Notes: generated by a model not told the origin, from the sequence alone. A stretch of 64,000 bases of DNA from an uncultured cyanobacterium (GCA_963710605.1 CAVQBA010000004.1:384001-448000), one strand, 5' to 3'; shown: positions 1 through 10,647, numbered from the stretch's first letter. Numbers and translations are program-made.

Positions 1-2
1 GA

Positions 3-647
3 TTAAAATGGTTAGAGAGATATAATCTGTGCGGAATATATACCTGTGTTGACCAAGCCATGCTAATTTGGGGCTTGATTAGTGGAGTGATTTTTTTCTC
101 GGCTCAGTTTTTGCCCTTTAGTTGGATTCATCAAGCAATCTTCTGGACAATTATTACTACTGTTGCGATCGTAGCGATGGTTTACTTAACTTATACTTGG
201 ACTATATTAGAGGAAGTTTCAGGACTAATTTATAGTTGGATTATTTTGATGGTTTTGGGGTTGATTCTCACTGATTATGCGATCGTTTCTGGTTGGGGTT
301 TTGTCTTAATACATCTATGTGATTTATGGCTAATACTTAGTGCAGTAGGATATCTCATCACAGGAATTATATTACGCTCTAGAGCATTTTTTTTAGCGGC
401 AATAATTCATATACTCACTATCTTTGTTTTACCTTGGTTTGTGTCATGGCAATTTGCTATCACGGGTTTTGTGATGATGAGTAACTTGTTAGTTTTTAGT
501 GAAAAACAATGGGATATGCTTTTACCCAAAGAAATGAAACAATATTCCTCTGGGAAACTAATTAGATTCTCTTCTTTATATACCCAAGTTAAAAATCATA
601 TAATCACTAAAATATTCAAAAACTTGATCATGTACGTTTTAATTTAA
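3..647 (+). CDS. Conserved cyanobacterial multi-pass membrane protein, probably 5'-truncated by the window edge
   Basis: ORF 60..647 is hydrophobic with several TM segments; the same frame is open back to position 3 (LKWLERYNLCGIYTCVDQAMLIWG). Confidence 0.6.
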   Translation, partial: LKWLERYNLCGIYTCVDQAMLIWGLISGVIFFSAQFLPFSWIHQAIFWTIITTVAIVAMVYLTYTWTILEEVSGLIYSWIILMVLGLILTDYAIVSGWGFVLIHLCDLWLILSAVGYLITGIILRSRAFFLAAIIHILTIFVLPWFVSWQFAITGFVMMSNLLVFSEKQWDMLLPKEMKQYSSGKLIRFSSLYTQVKNHIITKIFKNLIMYVLI

Positions 648-743
648 CTTTGGTGATAGTATTTGATTAGCCAAGCTTTAGGAAAGAGAAAATAGATTAG
701 TACAGTAATTTATATCCAAAAATCAAGTAAAAAATATTAATTC

Positions 744-1472
744 TCAATTTTCAATTATTAAGACTCCTTCTTTGTTTTGAATCGGTAAAGTTGAAATAAT
801 ATCTTTTTCGGCACAATATTTTATATCTTCTTCCAAATTTAATTTCATCATTCTTTGTCCATGACTAGATAACTTAAACAAATCAACTAATTTATTTTCC
901 CATTGTTGATAAAGAGTAATTGAAGCAATCACTTCATCGTTACCTATAGAATTAGGATTAGCATAATCTACTATACTAGATGCGATCGCCCCTGCACAAA
1001 TCGTATCTTCTAATGAATAACCGCCTTCCCAACCTGAGCCTACTAACCAGACGTTTTCAGGTTTAGTTGCTTGTAGATAACTAACTACCGCCGAATAATT
1101 AATCATTGCCCCTGTAAGTATTGTAGAAGCTGATTGTATTGTTTGTAAACAACGAGTACCGTTAGTCGTGCTAATAAATAACTGTTTATCTTTCACCGAT
1201 TCGTGAGTACAATCTAAAGGAGAATTACCTAAATCGCAAAAATCAATTTTTTTACCACCCCTTTCTCCTAATCTTAATCGATCGTTTTTAGCTATTGATT
1301 CACTTTCATTAAAAAGTAAATCCAAATCACTAAAAGCTTTAACTGATTTAGCACCATTATTCAGTGCAGTGGCAATAGTTGTTGTTGCACGTAACACATC
1401 AATCGCAACCGCACAATCAGGGGCAAGATCATTAGGAGTAGATTCGGGAGTATAATAAACAGAAATTTTCAC
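744..1472 (-). CDS. comB: 2-phosphosulfolactate phosphatase family protein
   Basis: VAIDVLRATTTI, GERGG, LGNSP, STTNGT and SLED motifs. Confidence 0.92.
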   Translation of the reverse strand: MKISVYYTPESTPNDLAPDCAVAIDVLRATTTIATALNNGAKSVKAFSDLDLLFNESESIAKNDRLRLGERGGKKIDFCDLGNSPLDCTHESVKDKQLFISTTNGTRCLQTIQSASTILTGAMINYSAVVSYLQATKPENVWLVGSGWEGGYSLEDTICAGAIASSIVDYANPNSIGNDEVIASITLYQQWENKLVDLFKLSSHGQRMMKLNLEEDIKYCAEKDIISTLPIQNKEGVLIIEN

Positions 1473-1785
1473 TTTATTTTTAATCAGGAATAATTTATTT
1501 AGTTATGGCGACAAAGCAATTCATAAAACAATCCTGATTTTACATTAATCTTGTCCGTTTTTTGAAAAGCAAAATATTTAGCTCAATAATTGACAATTAA
1601 CGATCGACAGTTGACAATTAAGTAGGGAGTAAGAATTGATAATTGATAATCAAATATTTAAATTCTGTGTTTTATTCGTTTAAAAAACCAGACGCATACT
1701 CCAAATTTTTTCAGTTAAAATAAAAATAATAAAGGGTAATCTTTAAGCAATGGCTTTGGTAAAGACGATTATCGGGTTTTAAACC

Positions 1786-3744
1786 ATGAAAACGAGTAAC
1801 GAAATCATAATTATTGGTGGTGGTATTATCGGTTTATCGATCGCCATTGAGTTAAAATTAAAAGGATGTTCAGTCACAGTATTGAGTCGAAATTTTGCTC
1901 AAAGTGCGACTAACGCCGCCGCTGGAATGTTAGCACCTAGGGCTGAACAACTAGAAAATGGTGCTATGTTAGATTTAGCCCTTAATTCATTGGAGTTATA
2001 TCCTGAATGGGTGAATAAAATCAGCAATCTTTGTGGCGATGATGTTGACTTTAATCCTTGTGGTATAGTCGCCCCCGTCTATAATCTCCCTTCATCAACA
2101 ACGAGTGATTATCATAGTATTTGGTTAGATAAAAATACTATACAAATGTATCAACCAAATTTAGGTAAAGACGTTGTCGGTGGTTGGTGGCATCCAGAAG
2201 AAGGGCAAGTCAACCCACGTTTGTTAGGTAAAGCTTTGATTAAAGTCGCTCAATCTTTAGATATAGATATTAAAGAAGGGGTTGAAGCGATCGCTTTTTC
2301 TCGTCACCAAGGTAAAATTAAAAATATTCTTACTAAATCAGGTATTTTTGAAGGCGATATTTATATTCTGGCAGGTGGTTCGTGGTCGGGTAAACTATTA
2401 CCAATACCTGTACGCCCAGTCAAAGGGCAAATGCTTAGTTTACAAATTCCCGATGATAATCCCTTACCCAGAGTAATTTTTGGCGAAAATACCTATCTTG
2501 TTCCTAAAAATGATGGTAGATTAATTGTTGGGGCAACAGTCGAAGATATTGGTTGGCAAGATGGCAATACACCCCTAGGAATTAGTCAATTAATCGATCG
2601 AGCAACAAAACTTTATCCCGATTTAGCTAATTGGCAAATAAACCAAATGTGGCATGGTTATCGCCCCGCAACACCCGATGAAAATCCAATTCTAGGTTAT
2701 GGTGATGCCTCTAATTTAATTCTCGCTACAGGGCATTATCGTAACGGTATTTTACTTGCACCCATTACCGCTAAATTGATTAGTAACCTAATTGTCGCTT
2801 CTCAACCTAACTCTTTACTCAAACACTTTAGTTACGATCGTTTTGTTCAACCCAAACCATTACCTGAAAAAAAACCAATTATGAATTATCCTACTCCTTA
2901 CAATAACGGTCATAATATTATTACCACTAACTCACCCAACTTTGATGATAATAACGACGACTGTTTGATAATTGCGGGGCGTAAATTTCATTCTCGTTTA
3001 ATGACAGGTACAGGAAAATATCCTAATATCGCTTCAATGCAAAAAAGTGTCGAGCAAAGTAATTGTCAAATCGTCACTGTTGCTGTTAGAAGAGTGCAAA
3101 ATAACGCACCAGGGCATGAAGGATTAGCTGAAGCACTCGATTGGAGTAAAATTTGGATGTTACCTAATACCGCAGGTTGTAAAACCGCAGAAGAAGCAAT
3201 TCGTGTTGCTCGTTTAGGTAGAGAAATGGCAAAACTGTTAGGACAAGAAGACAACAATTTTGTTAAATTAGAAGTAATACCCGATCCTAAATACTTATTA
3301 CCAGATCCGATCGGTACATTACAAGCCGCCGAAAAATTGGTTAAAGAAGGATTTGCTGTCTTACCTTACATTAATGCCGATCCTCTTCTATGTAAAAGAT
3401 TAGAAGAAGTAGGTTGTGCTACAGTTATGCCACTGGGTTCACCGATCGGTTCGGGGCAAGGGATTAACAATCTCGAAAATATCAAAATTATCATCGAACA
3501 AGCTAATATACCTGTAGTGATTGATGCGGGTATTGGTAGCCCTAGCGAAGCCGCTTTGGGTATGGAAATAGGTGCGGATGCTCTTTTAATTAATAGTGCG
3601 ATCGCTTTAGCAAATAATCCACCGCAAATGGCAAAAGCAATGGCATTAGCCGCAGAAGCAGGAAGACTCGCTTATACCGCAGGTAGAATACCTGTTAAAA
3701 ATTATGCAAGTGCTAGTTCGCCTTTGACAGGAGTCGTCAAGTAG
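1786..3744 (+). CDS. thiOG: Bifunctional glycine oxidase / thiazole synthase (ThiO-ThiG fusion)
   Basis: N-terminal GGGIIG FAD motif and [12 protein letters not shown]-terminal [23 protein letters not shown] and PLGSPIGSG. Confidence 0.95.
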   Translation: MKTSNEIIIIGGGIIGLSIAIELKLKGCSVTVLSRNFAQSATNAAAGMLAPRAEQLENGAMLDLALNSLELYPEWVNKISNLCGDDVDFNPCGIVAPVYNLPSSTTSDYHSIWLDKNTIQMYQPNLGKDVVGGWWHPEEGQVNPRLLGKALIKVAQSLDIDIKEGVEAIAFSRHQGKIKNILTKSGIFEGDIYILAGGSWSGKLLPIPVRPVKGQMLSLQIPDDNPLPRVIFGENTYLVPKNDGRLIVGATVEDIGWQDGNTPLGISQLIDRATKLYPDLANWQINQMWHGYRPATPDENPILGYGDASNLILATGHYRNGILLAPITAKLISNLIVASQPNSLLKHFSYDRFVQPKPLPEKKPIMNYPTPYNNGHNIITTNSPNFDDNNDDCLIIAGRKFHSRLMTGTGKYPNIASMQKSVEQSNCQIVTVAVRRVQNNAPGHEGLAEALDWSKIWMLPNTAGCKTAEEAIRVARLGREMAKLLGQEDNNFVKLEVIPDPKYLLPDPIGTLQAAEKLVKEGFAVLPYINADPLLCKRLEEVGCATVMPLGSPIGSGQGINNLENIKIIIEQANIPVVIDAGIGSPSEAALGMEIGADALLINSAIALANNPPQMAKAMALAAEAGRLAYTAGRIPVKNYASASSPLTGVVK

Positions 3745-3825
3745 TTAAGAGTTAAGAGCGGTCAGAACCCGCGTCGGCGTAAGACGCAAGGGAAAGCTGA
3801 CCAAGAAGTTAAGAGTTAAGAGTTG
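3743..3825. repeat. AGTTAAG heptamer array interrupted by a 43-bp GC-rich nested palindrome (small dispersed repeat)
   Basis: AGTTAAG units flank GGTCAG-AA-CCC-GCGTC-GGCGTAA-GACGC-AA-GGG-AAAG-CTGACC (3760-3802). Confidence 0.7.
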
Positions 3826-3867
3826 ATTATTTCATTTTTCATCTTTCTTTCTTATCGCTTCTTCAAG

Positions 3868-3955
3868 TCCCCCTTTTGAAGGGGGATTTAGGGGGATCTA
3901 CCCGTAGAGATAACAAGAAGAAAGATCCCCCTAGCCCCCCTTGAGTAAGGGGGGA
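3868..3955. repeat. Inverted pair of CCCCCTT-N-AAGGGGG repeats (MITE/REPIN-like). Single units also near 24052, 29615, 30643 and 33839
   Basis: TCCCCCTTTTGAAGGGGGATTTAGGGGGATCT, a 23-nt spacer, then AGATCCCCCTAGCCCCCCTTGAGTAAGGGGGGA. Confidence 0.75.
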
Positions 3956-4145
3956 ACAACTATTTTATGATTATGATAGTGGCTTGTGCTAGTTATCCTA
4001 TCCTAAGAGCAATTATTTCATAGGTAATGTCGATGTCTGTTTGAGGTAAAAGAGTTAGTCAACCATACTATTATGCCTAATGGTCGTCTTTGGTCTAATA
4101 ATATTAGTTCTTGATGATGAATTATTAATACGATCGTCGCATATT

Positions 4146-4315
4146 GTAGGTTGGGTCGAAGCCTAAAAACCTTGATACACATTCGATACATACAATAAAA
4201 GTGAAACCCAACATTCTTTTGCGAGAAATATATAAATGTGAAATGTGATGGGTTACGGCTGAGTTTGAGTGAGTTTTTTGATGTTTGTGATGAGCCGTGC
4301 TATTACCCATCCTAC
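4146..4315. repeat. GTAG-type REP doublet (REPIN-like), inverted
   Basis: Starts GTAGGTTGGGT...AAACCCAAC and ends GATGGGT...ACCCATCCTAC. Confidence 0.7.
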
Positions 4316-4394
4316 AAATTATCTTTGTTGTTCAAAATTAGCTTTAATTGATTAAACTATATTCATAATTAAAACTACTATTAACTTTTAACTT

Positions 4395-5498
4395 GTGCTA
4401 ACTCGTACACCTCTTTATTCCTTATCTGTCGAATCTAACGCCAAATTTACTGACTTTGCAGGTTGGGAAATGGCAATCCAATATAGTGGCTTAAAAAAAG
4501 AACATCAAGCCGTGAGAGAATCGGTAGGAATGTTCGATATATCCCATATGGGTAAGTTTTTTTTACGAGGAGAAAATTTACGCCAAAAATTAAATTATCT
4601 TGTTCCTTCTGACTTAAGAGGTTTAGAATCTAATCAAGCTCAATATACTCTATTGTTAAACGATCGAGGTGGTATCATCGATGATATTATTTTTTATTAC
4701 CAAGGTTGTAACGAGCAAAATATAGAGCATGGTGTTTTAATCGTCAACGCTTCCACTACTACCAAGGATTGGGATTGGTTGAACACTAATTTAACTAATC
4801 AGCAAATAAAATTAGAAAACGTCTCCACTGATTTAGCTTTGATTGCTTTACAAGGAGTTAAAGCCGTTGAATATCTTAATTCCCTCATCAACGAAGATTT
4901 ACAGCAATTAGATAATTTCGGTCATTTAACTAGTAAAATTGACAGCGAAGACGTTTTTATCGCTCGTACAGGTTATACAGGAGAAGATGGTTTTGAAATA
5001 ATGACGACTCCTAAAATTGCTCAGCAATTATGGCATTATTTGGTACAAGAAAAAAAGGTAACTCTTAGCGGTTTGGGTGCTAGAGATACTCTTCGTTTAG
5101 AAGCGAGTATGTGTTTGTATGGGCAAGATATGAATGAAGAAACCACACCTTTAGAAGCAGGTTTAAGTTGGTTAATTGATTATGAGCATGATTTTATCGG
5201 TAAAGAAGCACTTTTATCGCAAAAACAAACTGGTGTCAAACAAAAACTAGTTGCATTACAAACCGAGGGTAAATATATTGCTAGGGCTGGTTATCCTCTT
5301 TTTGTTGACGATCGAATTGTGGGTAAAATTACGAGTGGTACTTTATCTCCTACTTTAAATAAAGCGATCGCACTCGGTTATGTTTTTAGTGATTATAGTA
5401 AAAGAGGACAAATTTTAACTGTCGAAATAAGAGGGAAAAAATACCCAATTAGAGTAGTAAAAAAACCTTTTTATCGTAGTGCAAACAAACCTAAGTAA
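4395..5498 (+). CDS. gcvT: Glycine cleavage system aminomethyltransferase T
   Basis: RTPLY, FDISHMG, ARTGYTGEDGFE and GLGARDTLRLEA motifs. Confidence 0.96.
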   Translation: MLTRTPLYSLSVESNAKFTDFAGWEMAIQYSGLKKEHQAVRESVGMFDISHMGKFFLRGENLRQKLNYLVPSDLRGLESNQAQYTLLLNDRGGIIDDIIFYYQGCNEQNIEHGVLIVNASTTTKDWDWLNTNLTNQQIKLENVSTDLALIALQGVKAVEYLNSLINEDLQQLDNFGHLTSKIDSEDVFIARTGYTGEDGFEIMTTPKIAQQLWHYLVQEKKVTLSGLGARDTLRLEASMCLYGQDMNEETTPLEAGLSWLIDYEHDFIGKEALLSQKQTGVKQKLVALQTEGKYIARAGYPLFVDDRIVGKITSGTLSPTLNKAIALGYVFSDYSKRGQILTVEIRGKKYPIRVVKKPFYRSANKPK

Positions 5499-5501
5499 AT
5501 A

Positions 5502-5726
5502 ATGAGTAAAGCAGATAAAATTCTGACAAGAATGAGGCAAAATTCTCGTGATTGGCGGACTGAAAGTGTTAAAACTGTCGCACAAACTTATGGTATAAAA
5601 TGGAGACAAAAAGGTACTTCTCATGTCGTTTTTATTAAAAGTGACGGGAAAACATTACCAATACCCGCACGTCGCCCTATTAAATCAATTTAGATTAAAA
5701 AATTTATCGATTTTGTGGAAAATTAG
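5502..5726 (+). pseudogene. hicA: HicA-family mRNA interferase toxin with an in-frame TAG at 5691-5693
   Basis: GTSHVVF catalytic motif; after the stop the frame continues IKKFIDFVEN* to 5726, ending 4 nt before hicB. Confidence 0.75.
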
Positions 5727-5730
5727 AATT

Positions 5731-6096
5731 ATGAATAATTTATTTTTATACCCCTTTGAAATAAAACCATTAACTGAAGAAGACGGCGGTGGCTATTTAA
5801 TTTCTTTTTCCGATTTTAATGAGTGTATTTCTGATGGTGAAACCCCTGAAGAAGCACTGCAAAATGGTTTCAATGCTTTACAAGAAACTATTAACGCTTT
5901 AGAAAGCATGGATTTACCCATCCCTCAGCCTTTCAGTAAAGAAAAAAATAGTAATACTTTTATTCAACCAATTCCTAAAAATCTTCATCAACGTTTGGAA
6001 GTATTAGCTAAAAAAGAAAAGCTAAGTATCAATAGTTTAATTAATTCTTTGTTAGAAGAAAGTTTAAGAAAAAGAGAAACTGAGATTACTTCTTAA
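5731..6096 (+). CDS. hicB: HicB-family antitoxin with C-terminal RHH
   Basis: YPFEIKPLTEEDGGGYLISFSDF..CISDGETPEEAL and PKNLHQRL..AKKEKLSINSLI; ATG at 5731 fits better than the 5623 ORF start. Confidence 0.88.
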   Translation: MNNLFLYPFEIKPLTEEDGGGYLISFSDFNECISDGETPEEALQNGFNALQETINALESMDLPIPQPFSKEKNSNTFIQPIPKNLHQRLEVLAKKEKLSINSLINSLLEESLRKRETEITS

Positions 6097-6134
6097 TATT
6101 TTCAGTTTAGTTACATTAAATAAGTAGTATAAAA

Positions 6135-6602
6135 ATGACAAAAATTTGGCAAACAAAAGAGATAATCGAGTGGTCACAAATAATATTAAATAGTTATAGT
6201 GATTTACTTAAAGATGAATTAATCGATCGAGATACAGACAAATTAAATCAAGCTAAAAATTTATATTACGCAGATTTTGTTGTTTTTTCTCATAATACCG
6301 ATACCGATCCTTTATACAATTATGGTAATAAAATGGGCTTACAATTGTGGGAAATGGATTGGCAACAATTAATGGCTACTCCTTCTCGTACAACCACTCA
6401 ACCATTGTTAAGAGAAGAAAGAGAAAAACTTTTAAATCAAACAGAAAGTCAAGGTTATGTTACTAATATTCAGGGTATCAGAATTTCAGCACAGGGTACT
6501 AAGTATCAAATAGATGATATTACTACTTGGAATTTAAAAGATAATCAAGGTAAAGATTGCGGGCAAGCCGCTACTTTTTCTCAGTGGCAAATTATCAATT
6601 GA
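6135..6602 (+). CDS. MEKHLA-domain (PAS-like) protein
   Basis: SHNTDTDPLYNYGN, LWEMDW, PSRTT, GIRIS and GQAATFSQW pattern. Confidence 0.85.
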   Translation: MTKIWQTKEIIEWSQIILNSYSDLLKDELIDRDTDKLNQAKNLYYADFVVFSHNTDTDPLYNYGNKMGLQLWEMDWQQLMATPSRTTTQPLLREEREKLLNQTESQGYVTNIQGIRISAQGTKYQIDDITTWNLKDNQGKDCGQAATFSQWQIIN

Positions 6603-6608
6603 GATAAA

Positions 6609-6633
6609 GGGTTGAACAATGTTCAACCCCTAC
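6609..6633. repeat. GTAG-type REP palindrome. Family also at 14963-14990, 21977-21998, 27553-27575, 29678-29696, 50356-50386, 54034-54061 and 54333-54356
   Basis: GGGTTGAAC-AAT-GTTCAACCCCTAC; most related copies are hairpins starting with GTAG or ending in CTAC. Confidence 0.75.
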
Positions 6634-6648
6634 TTGGTAAACTATTAA

Positions 6649-7389
6649 TTATTCTTCGATCGCTTCTGGTAAGGCTAAGTATAAATTGGTAACGGGTTTA
6701 GTCATTACTTTTTCTTGGTTTTCATATACTTCTAAACCTTGGTAATTAATCGAGTATTTTCTATCTTGATTAGCTGGTGTTTCGTAACCGAAAGTAGAAG
6801 TTAAATTAGCAGGAAGATTGATTAAATTTTCCGGATTTGTTTTCGATCGTTGTATATAATTAAGATTAATCGAATTAAGATCATCAACTTGAGCGGCAAT
6901 ACAAATATAAATATTGTCAGTCTCTGTCTCAAAGACTTTTACGGGTTTGTTTTCCTGACAAACAGCGATCGCTTCAACTTCTTTTTCACCTGAAAGAATT
7001 GTTACTTTCGCTCCTGTTTTAGTATCTACCGCATCAATTACAGGGGTGATATTTTTAATGATACTTGCTTGAATTAGTTTAAAATCGTAAGGACTAATAT
7101 TATAAATTTTACTATTAGGGTCAGACATTTCTCCTGCTAATCCTGCATAAGTAGGAAAAGTACCAAAAGCAGGAATATTTAATATTTTTTTATCTTCTTT
7201 TTTGCTTAACTGAATAAGAGTTTTTTCTTGATTATTGTTGCAAATAAAAATCCAAGATTTTTCTAATTCAAAACTGGCTTCTAAATCATTAAGACAAACA
7301 TTACTATCATTTGCTTTAACTATATTTTTAGGAAGTATTAATAGTAAAAATGTCAGAATAAATAAATAAGAATTTTTTTGGCTCATCAT
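6649..7389 (-). CDS. Hypothetical exported protein with a two-fold internal repeat
   Basis: Signal peptide; FELEKSWIFIC and FETETDNIYIC repeated modules. Confidence 0.6.
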   Translation of the reverse strand: MMSQKNSYLFILTFLLLILPKNIVKANDSNVCLNDLEASFELEKSWIFICNNNQEKTLIQLSKKEDKKILNIPAFGTFPTYAGLAGEMSDPNSKIYNISPYDFKLIQASIIKNITPVIDAVDTKTGAKVTILSGEKEVEAIAVCQENKPVKVFETETDNIYICIAAQVDDLNSINLNYIQRSKTNPENLINLPANLTSTFGYETPANQDRKYSINYQGLEVYENQEKVMTKPVTNLYLALPEAIEE

Positions 7390-7559
7390 GCTCTATACCG
7401 TAGATTTAATTACTGCTTATTGTTAAATAAAATTAATGCTATAATCAAGAATAAAAAGAGAGAATTAATCGTAACTGGTTAAGTTATTTTTGGGCTTTAA
7501 TCAACGCAACCTATTGTATCTCAAAAAAATTAAATTAGTAGAAAAGACGATCGCATCTA

Positions 7560-9386
7560 ATGAGAGAAAACTTAGAGATAATCTTACAAAACCTCCCCAC
7601 CGATTCGGGAGTTTATTTTATGAAGGATACTCAAGATAATATCCTTTATATCGGTAAAGCTAAAAACCTGCGAAAAAGAGTTCTATCTTATTTTAGAACA
7701 TCAGCTAAACATACTCAGCGTATCGCTTTGATGGTTAGCCAAATAGCGGATATTGAATATATCGTCACCGATACCGAAGCAGAAGCCTTAGCCTTAGAAG
7801 CCAATTTAATTAAAAAACATCAGCCACATTTTAATGTTTTACTTAAAGACGACAAAAAGTACCCCTATGTTTGTATAACATGGTCAGAAGATTATCCTCG
7901 TATTTTTATCACTCGTAAACGTCGTGCAGGTAACAAACTCGATCGTTATTATGGCCCCTATGTCGATACAAGAAGACTCAGAGAAACTCTTAATGTCATC
8001 AAAGCTAACTTTTCTTTACGACAACGACGCAAACCTTTATATCAAAATCGCCCTTGTCTTAATTATGATTTAGGTAAATGCCCCGGTGTTTGCCAAAACT
8101 TAATTACCCCCCAAGAATATCACCAAACAATGGCGAAAATTGCTTTAATTTTTCAGGGGCGAACTGATGAATTAATCAAGCAATTAAAACAACAAATGGA
8201 AGCCGCCGCCGCTATGTTAGATTTTGAAAAAGCAGGTAAACATCGAGATCAAATTATTTCTTTAGAACAATTATTTTCGACTCAAAAAGTTAATTTACCT
8301 AACGATACTATCTCTCGTGATGCGATCGCACTTTATCAAGATGAAAAACATACTTCAATCCAATTATTCCAAGTTAGAGTCGGGCGTTTAATCGGTAGGT
8401 TAGGCTTTTTTACTGATCATGGTGAAAATGACGATAAAGGAGAAATATTACAAAGAGTCTTAGAACAACATTATCAAAATATAGATTCTGTGGAAATACC
8501 CACTGAAATTTTAGTGCAATATCCTTTACAAGATGAAGAAATTTTAACCAGTTGGCTAAGCGAAAAAAAAGCCAAAAAAGTCACTATTATTAAACCTCAA
8601 AGACAACAAAAAGCTGAGTTAATTTCCATGGTGGAAAGAAATGCTCAAATTGAATTAGAAAGAAACCAAAAATTTAGTCAAGCTAATCTAGACAGTATGG
8701 AAGATTTGAGTCAAATACTCAATTTAACCGATTTACCCAGAAGAATAGAAGGCTATGATATTTCTCATATCCAAGGCTCAAATGCTGTGGCTTCGAGAGT
8801 AGTTTTTATTGATGGTGTACCAGCAAAGCAACATTACCGTCATTATAAAATTAAAAATCCTGAAATTCAAATTGGGCATTCTGATGACTTTGCTTCCTTA
8901 CAAGAAATAATTAAAAGACGTTTTTCTCGTGAAGACGATCGACCAGATTTAGTTATGATTGATGGTGGGAAAGGGCAACTTTCTTCTGTCTGCGAAATAT
9001 TAGAAGAAATGAATTTGATGGGTAAAATAAACGTAATTAGTTTAGCTAAAAAAAGAGAAGAGATTTTTCTGCCTAATCAATCTGAGCCTGTACCAACAAA
9101 CCCTGAACAAAAGGGTGTACAATTACTCAGAAGACTAAGAGACGAAGCTCACCGTTTTGCCATCACTTTCCATCGTCAACAAAGATTAAAAGCCAGTCGT
9201 CGCTCTGTTTTAGATGAAATAACAGGTTTAGGTTTTGAACGACAAAAAAGACTCCTCGCTCATTTCCACTCAGTAGATTACCTCAGAGAAGCGAGTGTAG
9301 AGCAGATTATGGCGGTATCTGGTATCGGTGGTAATTTAGCTCAAACCATTTATGATTATTTTCATCCATACAATAATGTGAGTTAG
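7560..9386 (+). CDS. uvrC: Excinuclease ABC subunit C
   Basis: [44 protein letters not shown] and LRDEAHRFA motifs, HhH tail. Confidence 0.97.
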   Translation: MRENLEIILQNLPTDSGVYFMKDTQDNILYIGKAKNLRKRVLSYFRTSAKHTQRIALMVSQIADIEYIVTDTEAEALALEANLIKKHQPHFNVLLKDDKKYPYVCITWSEDYPRIFITRKRRAGNKLDRYYGPYVDTRRLRETLNVIKANFSLRQRRKPLYQNRPCLNYDLGKCPGVCQNLITPQEYHQTMAKIALIFQGRTDELIKQLKQQMEAAAAMLDFEKAGKHRDQIISLEQLFSTQKVNLPNDTISRDAIALYQDEKHTSIQLFQVRVGRLIGRLGFFTDHGENDDKGEILQRVLEQHYQNIDSVEIPTEILVQYPLQDEEILTSWLSEKKAKKVTIIKPQRQQKAELISMVERNAQIELERNQKFSQANLDSMEDLSQILNLTDLPRRIEGYDISHIQGSNAVASRVVFIDGVPAKQHYRHYKIKNPEIQIGHSDDFASLQEIIKRRFSREDDRPDLVMIDGGKGQLSSVCEILEEMNLMGKINVISLAKKREEIFLPNQSEPVPTNPEQKGVQLLRRLRDEAHRFAITFHRQQRLKASRRSVLDEITGLGFERQKRLLAHFHSVDYLREASVEQIMAVSGIGGNLAQTIYDYFHPYNNVS

Positions 9387-9440
9387 CTTGTACTTAATTA
9401 ACGTTCGATCGACTTCTATTAAAAAATATTTTGGGTTTGC

Positions 9441-9470
9441 TTGTATTAATGAATTGTTTATGCTTATAAT
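9441..9470 (+). promoter_or_regulatory. Sigma70-type promoter for the Abi leader RNA and gene
   Basis: TTGTAT (9441-9446), 18 nt, TATAAT (9465-9470). Confidence 0.55.
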
Positions 9471-9476
9471 AAAGAT

Positions 9477-9531
9477 AATAAAACCCGCCACGGCTAGACG
9501 AAAGTCCCCGCAAATAGGTGGGTTACTTTTT
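9477..9531 (+). ncRNA. Structured leader RNA upstream of the Abi gene (candidate abiF-like RNA antitoxin)
   Basis: AACCCGCC (9482-9489) pairs with GGTGGGTT (9517-9524); inner CGG/CCG and GAC-GAAA-GTC GNRA hairpin; followed by a T run. Confidence 0.6.
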
Positions 9532-9546
9532 ACCTATACATAAGTA

Positions 9547-10431
9547 ATGAAGTTTAATAAAGTTCCTAAGACTATAGATGAACAAATAGAACTTTTATTG
9601 TCTAGAGGAATGATTATTAGAGATAAAAAAAAAGCTCGTGATATTTTAACTCAGATAAATTATTATCGTTTATCAGCATACTGGCTACCTTTTGAAGAAG
9701 ACCATCAAAATCATATCTTCAAGTCAAAAACTGATATAGAAGATGTATTAAATCTCTATATTTTCGATCGTAAATTGAGATTACTTGTTTTGGATGCTAT
9801 AGAAACAATTGAAGTATCTTGCCGTACTCAATGGGCTTATTTTATGGCTCACAATCATGGTAGTCATAGCCATTTAAATGTCACATTAGCTCGAAATCTG
9901 AGTCATTGGAATAGTAATATTGATTCACTTAAAAAGGAAATAGAGCGTTCTAAAGAAGTTTTTATTGAACACTATAGAAGTAAATATACTGAGCCAGATT
10001 TACCACCTGTTTGGGCTGTTAGTGAAGTAATGTCTCTTGGTTCATTGTCTCGTTGGTTTACTAATTTAAAACCAATCAATACTCGAAAACAAATTGCTAG
10101 TCAATATAAAATTAATCATCAGGTTTTAGCTAGTTTTTTACAACATCTCACTGAAATAAGGAATATTTCTGCACATCATAGTCGTTTGTGGAATCGTAAG
10201 TTTACTATAACTTTTACGTTCCCAAATAAACCAAAAGCTTTAGCTAAACAACTTAATAAAGTTGAAAATCGTCGTCTTTTTAATACTTTAGTTATGTGTG
10301 CTTACTTGTTAGATATTATTGATCAAAATAATTCTTGGCGTAAACAATTAGTTACTCTTCTTGAAAAACACAATATTAATATTACTTTAATGGGTTTTCC
10401 TAGTAATTATGGATTATCTGAGTTTTTATAA
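9547..10431 (+). CDS. Abi family (AbiD/AbiF, Abi_2) HEPN-domain abortive infection protein
   Basis: TIDEQIELL..RGM, NYYRLSAYW, LYIFDRKLR, LPPVWAVSE and HEPN RxxxxH (IRNISAHHSRLWNR). Confidence 0.9.
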   Translation: MKFNKVPKTIDEQIELLLSRGMIIRDKKKARDILTQINYYRLSAYWLPFEEDHQNHIFKSKTDIEDVLNLYIFDRKLRLLVLDAIETIEVSCRTQWAYFMAHNHGSHSHLNVTLARNLSHWNSNIDSLKKEIERSKEVFIEHYRSKYTEPDLPPVWAVSEVMSLGSLSRWFTNLKPINTRKQIASQYKINHQVLASFLQHLTEIRNISAHHSRLWNRKFTITFTFPNKPKALAKQLNKVENRRLFNTLVMCAYLLDIIDQNNSWRKQLVTLLEKHNINITLMGFPSNYGLSEFL

Positions 10432-10647
10432 AAAGTCGTACTTATTTTTTAATTAAATACCAAAGGGGTAATCTTAGTTATAAGAATCGATCGTATTTCT
10501 GTTTAAGAACTGTTACTAAATATTAATTATTAAGTTAAACCAACTTTTAATCTTTGTCAGTTTTAGATTAAACTCCGTATAATTACCATATTACATTTAT
10601 TTTCAAAAAAGAATATTTGGCGAGTTAAAACTAATGAGTGATTCATC

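Noticed and set aside
1473-1785. TPP riboswitch before thiOG
   Set aside because: No UGAGA or CUGAU-type core in a foldable context was found; the region is AT-rich
1786-3744. ThiO-ThiG fusion as a novelty
   Set aside because: Known in cyanobacteria such as Synechocystis
5623-5730. Longer HicB start
   Set aside because: Overlaps hicA; the HicB fold begins at the ATG at 5731
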